Source of the DNA: Pseudolabrys sp. | Lineage (GTDB): Bacteria; Pseudomonadota; Alphaproteobacteria; Rhizobiales; Xanthobacteraceae | Assembly: GCA_019635575.1 (NCBI GenBank) | Contig: JAHBZF010000002.1 | Coordinates: 13,144 to 77,143 of the forward strand | DNA: 64,000 bases | Direction of reading: 5' to 3' | Shown: one piece after another, positions 59,485 through 64,000 of the stretch | Layout of the letters: the number at the start of each line of letters is the position of its first letter | Numbering within the stretch: position 1 is the stretch's first letter | Program-made: the position numbers and the translations under genes | Notes under the pieces: model-generated | The model's input: the letters and a program-made list of their open reading frames with translations, nothing else | What the model was told of the DNA's origin: nothing | Database searches by the model: none

Positions 59485-60360
59485 ATGGCTGACACCCGCG
59501 ATATCGTCACCGGCGCCAAGGTTCAGGCGGCCCCCAAGGACTTTCTCTGGCCGAACGGAAAGCGCGTCGCGGTCATCTTCAACATCGCCTATGAGGGCTG
59601 GTCGGACGGCAAGACGCCGGGCATCGGCCCCATGGGCAATCCGTTGCCGGCCGGAAACGTCGATACCAACGCCATGTCATGGGCTGCTTACGGCCCCAAC
59701 CGCGGCATCCAGCGGCTGACGGGCATCCTCGACCGGCACAAGATCAAGGCCAGCGTGATGGTCAACGGCGTCATCGCCGAGCGCTTTCCCGACACGGTGA
59801 AGGCACTGACCGCCGCCGGCCACGAGCCGCTGTCGCACTCCTACGCCATGGACGTGATCCCGACCATGCTGTCGGAGGAGCAGGAGCGCGCCAACATCGA
59901 AAAGACCACCGCGCTGGTCAGCAAGGCAGCGGGACAGAAGGTCGCCGGCTGGATCAGTCCGCGCGGCACGCCGAGCCGCAAGACCGCGCAGATGGTCGCC
60001 GACGCAGGCTATCAGTGGCAGGGCGACGCGTATGACAGCGATCTGCCCTACATCCAGCATTTCGAGAAGAACAGCATCGTCGCCATTCCGCTGACGATGG
60101 AGGTCAACGACATGCCGCTCTATGTGCGTTACGGCAACGCACCGAGCGTGTTCTTCGACATCTTCAAGGAAAATCTGGAATTCGCGCTCAAGCGCGAGAC
60201 CGGCCCGATCAGCATCGACGTCACCGCCCACACCCATGTGTTCGGCCGCATGTCCGGCGCCTGGGTGTTCGACGCCTGCGCCGAGATTGCCCGCAATTCC
60301 GATGTGTGGATCGGCACGCGCGGCGAGATCGCCGCGCATGTGCGCAAAACCTTCCGCTGA
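59485..60360 (+). CDS. Polysaccharide deacetylase (CE4) family, PuuE allantoinase-like
   Basis: WPNGKRVAV.FNIAYE, YGPNRGIQRL, GHEPLSHSY, GWISP, SDLPY, EVND. GGGAGA RBS. Confidence 0.88.
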   Translation: MADTRDIVTGAKVQAAPKDFLWPNGKRVAVIFNIAYEGWSDGKTPGIGPMGNPLPAGNVDTNAMSWAAYGPNRGIQRLTGILDRHKIKASVMVNGVIAERFPDTVKALTAAGHEPLSHSYAMDVIPTMLSEEQERANIEKTTALVSKAAGQKVAGWISPRGTPSRKTAQMVADAGYQWQGDAYDSDLPYIQHFEKNSIVAIPLTMEVNDMPLYVRYGNAPSVFFDIFKENLEFALKRETGPISIDVTAHTHVFGRMSGAWVFDACAEIARNSDVWIGTRGEIAAHVRKTFR

Positions 60361-60395
60361 CGTGACCTTCTGATTTTCAGCCTCGCGAGATCATC

Positions 60396-61316
60396 ATGCG
60401 TATTGTTCGCTTTCTCGGCGCGGATGGCCCGCGCATCGGATTGGTACAGGGTGCCAGCACCGTCGATCTGTGCGCCGCCGCGCAAGCGCGCGGTCTCGAC
60501 TGGCTGGTGCCGTTCTACAAAGACCTGCGCGCATTCGTTGCCGCCGGCCGCAATTTGCGGGAACTGACGCAGGAATTGGCATTCAACGCATCGGCCTGGA
60601 CCAACCCGACGGCCGAGCTTCGCCTGCTCGCGCCCTACGAAGCGGGCGGGAAAATCCTCGCCCATGTGGTGAACTATTTCGAGCACGGCGCCGAAGCCAA
60701 TCTGAAGGCGCCGGAAAAGCCGTTCTTTTTCTACAAGCCCGGCTCCTCGGTCGCCAATCCTGGCGATCCGATCATCGCGCATGCGGTCTCGACCAAGCTC
60801 GATCACGAAGTGGAGCTTGCCGTGATCATCGGACGACAAACCTCCAACGTCGCGGAAGACGATGTTTACGCCCATGTCGCCGGCTACACGATCGCCAATG
60901 ACGTGAGCTATCGCGACCTGCAGACCAATGCCGGCTTCACCTCGTTGACGCCGCGCTACGGACAGAACTGGACGCAAGGCAAAGGACTCGACTTCGCCAA
61001 CCCGATGGGGCCGGTTGTGGTCCTGACCGACGAGATGCCGACGCCCTATCCACTCAACATCGCCTGCCGCGTCAACGGCGACGTGCGGCAGCAGTCCAAC
61101 ACCGAGCATATGATCTTCAAGGTGCCGCAGCTCATCGCCGACATTTCCCGTGGCATGACGCTTTACCCCGGCGACGTGGTGCTCACCGGAACCTGCGCCG
61201 GCGGCGGCGTCGGCACCGGAAAATTTCTCAATCCCGGCGATGTCGTCGAGTGCGAGATCGAGAACATCGGCGTTCTGCGCAATCCGGTCATCGCCGATCG
61301 CAACACGGCCGGATGA
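60396..61316 (+). CDS. Fumarylacetoacetate hydrolase family protein
   Basis: NYFEH, PFFFYK, DHEVELAVIIG, GYTIANDVSYRD, GKG.D..PMGP, TLYPGDVVLTGT. Confidence 0.94.
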   Translation: MRIVRFLGADGPRIGLVQGASTVDLCAAAQARGLDWLVPFYKDLRAFVAAGRNLRELTQELAFNASAWTNPTAELRLLAPYEAGGKILAHVVNYFEHGAEANLKAPEKPFFFYKPGSSVANPGDPIIAHAVSTKLDHEVELAVIIGRQTSNVAEDDVYAHVAGYTIANDVSYRDLQTNAGFTSLTPRYGQNWTQGKGLDFANPMGPVVVLTDEMPTPYPLNIACRVNGDVRQQSNTEHMIFKVPQLIADISRGMTLYPGDVVLTGTCAGGGVGTGKFLNPGDVVECEIENIGVLRNPVIADRNTAG

Positions 61317-61364
61317 GCCATCGGAAACAACAAGTCCAACAACAACGCGCAAGGGAGGAAAGCA

Positions 61365-62339
61365 ATGCGGAGAATGATGTCGGCCATCGGCCTGATGCTG
61401 CTGGGAGCACTCGCCACACCGGCTGCCGCCCAGACCTATCCCACACGCCCCATCACCATGGTCGTACCGTTCGCTGCCGGCGGCCCGGTCGATACGCTGG
61501 CGCGCATTCTTGCCGAAGCGATGCGCAAGGAGCTCGGCCAACCGATCATCGTCGAGAATATCGGCGGCGCCGCCGGCACGATCGCCGTCGGCCGTGTCGC
61601 CAAGTCCGCTCCGGACGGCTACACGCTCAGCATCGGCAACTGGGGTACCCATGTGGTCAACGGCGCGATGTATCCGCTGACCTTCGACATCTACAATGAC
61701 TTCGAGCCGATCGGCCTGATGTCGGCCACGCCGGAACTGATCGTGGTGCGCAAGGACTTTCCGGCCAAAGACCTGAAGGAATTCATCGCCTGGCTGAAAG
61801 CCAATCCGGACAAGGCGTCGATGGGGACATCCGGCGTCGGCAGTTCGGGTCACGTCGCAGCCGCTTCCTTTCAGAAGCAGACCGGCACCAAATTCCAGTA
61901 CGTTCCTTATCGCGGCCTTGCCCCGGCGATGCAGGGACTCGTCGCCGGCGAGGTCGACATGATGATCGACGTGCCGTCGAATTCCATCGGTCACGTCAAG
62001 GGCGGCAGCATCCGCGCGCTCGCCATGATGGACAAGCAGCGTCTGCCCTCCATGCCCGATGTGCCGACCGTGGACGAAGCCGGCATGCCGGGCTTCTACG
62101 CGTCGATCTGGTATGCCCTGTGGGCGCCGAAAGGCACGCCGCACGAGATCATCACCAAACTCAACGGCGCCTTGAAGGTCGCGCTGGCCGATCCTGCGAC
62201 CCGCGAACGGTTCGAGAAGGTCAACCAGACCATCGTCCCGGTCGCCGAGCAGACGCCGGACTATCTGCGCAAATTCCAGAAGGCGGAAATCGACAAGTGG
62301 TGGCCGATCATCAAGGACGCCGGCATCAAGGTTCAATAG
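61365..62339 (+). CDS. Tripartite tricarboxylate transporter substrate-binding protein (Bug/TctC)
   Basis: YPTRPITMVVPFAAGGPVD, VENIGGAAG, APDGYT, VPYRG.APA. Confidence 0.95.
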   Translation: MRRMMSAIGLMLLGALATPAAAQTYPTRPITMVVPFAAGGPVDTLARILAEAMRKELGQPIIVENIGGAAGTIAVGRVAKSAPDGYTLSIGNWGTHVVNGAMYPLTFDIYNDFEPIGLMSATPELIVVRKDFPAKDLKEFIAWLKANPDKASMGTSGVGSSGHVAAASFQKQTGTKFQYVPYRGLAPAMQGLVAGEVDMMIDVPSNSIGHVKGGSIRALAMMDKQRLPSMPDVPTVDEAGMPGFYASIWYALWAPKGTPHEIITKLNGALKVALADPATRERFEKVNQTIVPVAEQTPDYLRKFQKAEIDKWWPIIKDAGIKVQ

Positions 62340-62378
62340 CCGCCGGACTTACCGAACAAATCTGGCTTGCCTAACGAG

Positions 62379-62411
62379 AACGGCGCATCGGTTTTGACCG
62401 ATGCGCCGTTT
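62379..62411. terminator. Probable bidirectional rho-independent terminator
   Basis: AACGGCGCATCGGT-TTTG-ACCGATGCGCCGTT(T) between convergent genes. Confidence 0.75.
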
Positions 62412-62445
62412 GATTTCGTGCAGCCTTCAACGCAGGCGGCGCGCT

Positions 62446-62637
62446 CTATTGCCGCTTGATGTCGCCCTTCTTCACGCCGGCTTCCGGGAACATCCACATG
62501 GCAACCACCATGAAGATCGCGGTGCCGATCACGATGAAGGCGAAGTCCGGGCGGATCGGCGAACCGCTCCAGTAGGCGAGCGCGAATGCCACCAGCATCA
62601 CCACCAGTGACAGGATGGTTTTCACGTCATTGGGCAT
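62446..62637 (-). CDS. Small two-helix membrane protein (63 aa)
   Basis: GGGAGA RBS, two hydrophobic segments, downstream of the desaturase gene. Confidence 0.7.
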   Translation of the reverse strand: MPNDVKTILSLVVMLVAFALAYWSGSPIRPDFAFIVIGTAIFMVVAMWMFPEAGVKKGDIKRQ

Positions 62638-62671
62638 GATTGTCTCCCGATCTCGCAACGATACGGGTGCC

Positions 62672-63442
62672 TCAATAGGCACCCATGGGCTCGGCCGCGG
62701 CCTCGTCCGGCCGTTTCGGCGTTCCGCGCAGATCCTTGCGCAGATAGCGCGTGTCGTAGCCGTTGAGCAGCGTGCCGATCAGGCTGCGCTTCACGTCCGA
62801 CGTATCGAACAGCCAGTCCGCGATCGGGAATGTCAGGTTCATATTGGTCTCCATCATCAGCCGCGCATTGTGGTGGGCGGTGTGATGGCGCCGCAGGGTG
62901 TTGACGAACGGGCAGTAGCGCACGAACCAGTTTTCGTCGACGTGGCAGCAGAAGTGCATGAACTCGTAGATCAGGTACATGCCGGTGGTGGCGCACATGA
63001 ACAGCCAGCCGACATTCGGCGAGAACAGCAGGCCGAGAATGATCCCCGCCGGGATCGACATCAGGATGAAAACCACCAGCGCGTAAGGCGGGAACACCGT
63101 CACGCGCCAGTCGAGCGGATCGCGGAAGCGCATCTCGTCGTCGGTGAAGAACTGGTGGTGATTGAGCGTATGCCGCTCATAGACCGCGCGCAGCCCCTTG
63201 ATGTTCACCGGCCGGTGCATGACGTATTTGTGCACGACCCATTCGAACAGATTGGTGAACAGGAAGGTGATCGGCAGCGTCAGCCATTCGAGCCAGGTCA
63301 CATTCTGGATGTGCTGGACGTAGATGTAGAACGCGGCCGCTCCCATCGCATAGATGATCAGGATGTGGACGTATCCGTCGTACCAGCCGACGATCCGCGA
63401 GCGATATTCCTGCCGGAACTGAATCTGGCGTTGGCCGATCAT
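62672..63442 (-). CDS. Sterol desaturase/fatty acid hydroxylase family membrane di-iron enzyme
   Basis: His boxes HKYVMH, HTLNHH, HFCCH, HHTAHH plus TM helices. AGAGGAGG RBS. Confidence 0.9.
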   Translation of the reverse strand: MIGQRQIQFRQEYRSRIVGWYDGYVHILIIYAMGAAAFYIYVQHIQNVTWLEWLTLPITFLFTNLFEWVVHKYVMHRPVNIKGLRAVYERHTLNHHQFFTDDEMRFRDPLDWRVTVFPPYALVVFILMSIPAGIILGLLFSPNVGWLFMCATTGMYLIYEFMHFCCHVDENWFVRYCPFVNTLRRHHTAHHNARLMMETNMNLTFPIADWLFDTSDVKRSLIGTLLNGYDTRYLRKDLRGTPKRPDEAAAEPMGAY

Positions 63443-63505
63443 GCTGACCTCCTCTCGGAAACGCCCTAGCCCTTGATAAATCAGCGCTTTCTGGCGTTCC
63501 GCATC

Positions 63506-63515
63506 TGATATATCA
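63506..63515. promoter_or_regulatory. Palindrome TGATATATCA upstream of the desaturase gene (GntR-type operator candidate)
   Basis: Perfect 10-bp AT-rich palindrome followed by a second TATCAC half-site ending at 63527. Confidence 0.45.
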
Positions 63516-63564
63516 CAAATCTATCACATTCGGAGGACTGCTTCAATGCGGCTTCCGCAGGGTG

Positions 63565-64000
63565 CTAAAGGCGGGTTCCGGCGGCGTTGGCCGCCGCGCC
63601 GCCGGCGCTCATGCCGCCGGTCCCCTCGATCACCCGAACCACCGCCGGATCGCGATAGGCGTCGTGCGGGCTGCCGGCGAAGATGATTTCGCCGCGCTCC
63701 ATCACGTAAAGCCGGTCGGTAAATTCCGGGACGTGATGAACATTGGATTCCGAGATGAAGATCGAGTGGCCGAAATTGCGAATGGCAGCGAGGCCCTCGA
63801 CGATCGACGGCACGATCGCCGGCGACAGGCCCTCGGTCGGCTCGTCAAGCAGCAACAGCTTCGGGTCGAGCGTCAGCGCACGGGCGATCGACACCATCTT
63901 GCGCTCACCGCCGGACAGAGCCTGGCCGCCACGTTCGCGATAACGATCGAGCTTCGGGAACACGCGATAGGCTTCGGCGATACGCTCCTCGGCGGTCCGG
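63565..64000 (-). CDS. Branched-chain amino acid ABC ATP-binding protein (LivF-like), 5' end outside the window
   Basis: VFPKL, LSGGERKMVSIARAL, LLLDEPTEGLSP. The frame is open to the window edge. Confidence 0.9.
   Translation of the reverse strand, partial: RTAEERIAEAYRVFPKLDRYRERGGQALSGGERKMVSIARALTLDPKLLLLDEPTEGLSPAIVPSIVEGLAAIRNFGHSIFISESNVHHVPEFTDRLYVMERGEIIFAGSPHDAYRDPAVVRVIEGTGGMSAGGAAANAAGTRL

Overview
High-GC bacterial DNA, most likely an alphaproteobacterium (Hyphomicrobiales-like gene content; this is inference). Almost the whole 64 kb is one densely packed uptake and catabolism region: about 62 genes in roughly ten operons. I saw no RNA genes, CRISPR arrays or mobile elements. 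It encodes six complete ABC importers (one PotABCD-like, three NMT1/THI5-TauABC-like, one RbsABC-like, one Dpp-like), a Bug/TctC receptor and a partial LivF. It also encodes three different xanthine-dehydrogenase-family molybdo-hydroxylase large subunits, many ring-opening amidohydrolases and five regulators (IclR, two GntR, TetR, LysR). The most striking part is 8.3-29.0 kb, where three promoters carry the same tandem operator (two TGTGATCACA-like boxes starting 13 bp apart). That putative regulon includes an orphan homologue of the spore enzyme dipicolinate synthase subunit A (DpaA, no DpaB), an opine dehydrogenase, a cyclic amidohydrolase, a degenerate PhyH-like protein, a tautomerase and an isochorismatase-VOC fusion. 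It looks like an undescribed N-heterocycle degradation pathway. A second motif (TTGAmTA-N2-TAkTCAA, RutR-box-like) links the 29-39 kb block to its TetR gene. Several enzymes have altered catalytic residues. All family calls come from motif recognition by eye, and no substrate can be determined from sequence alone.
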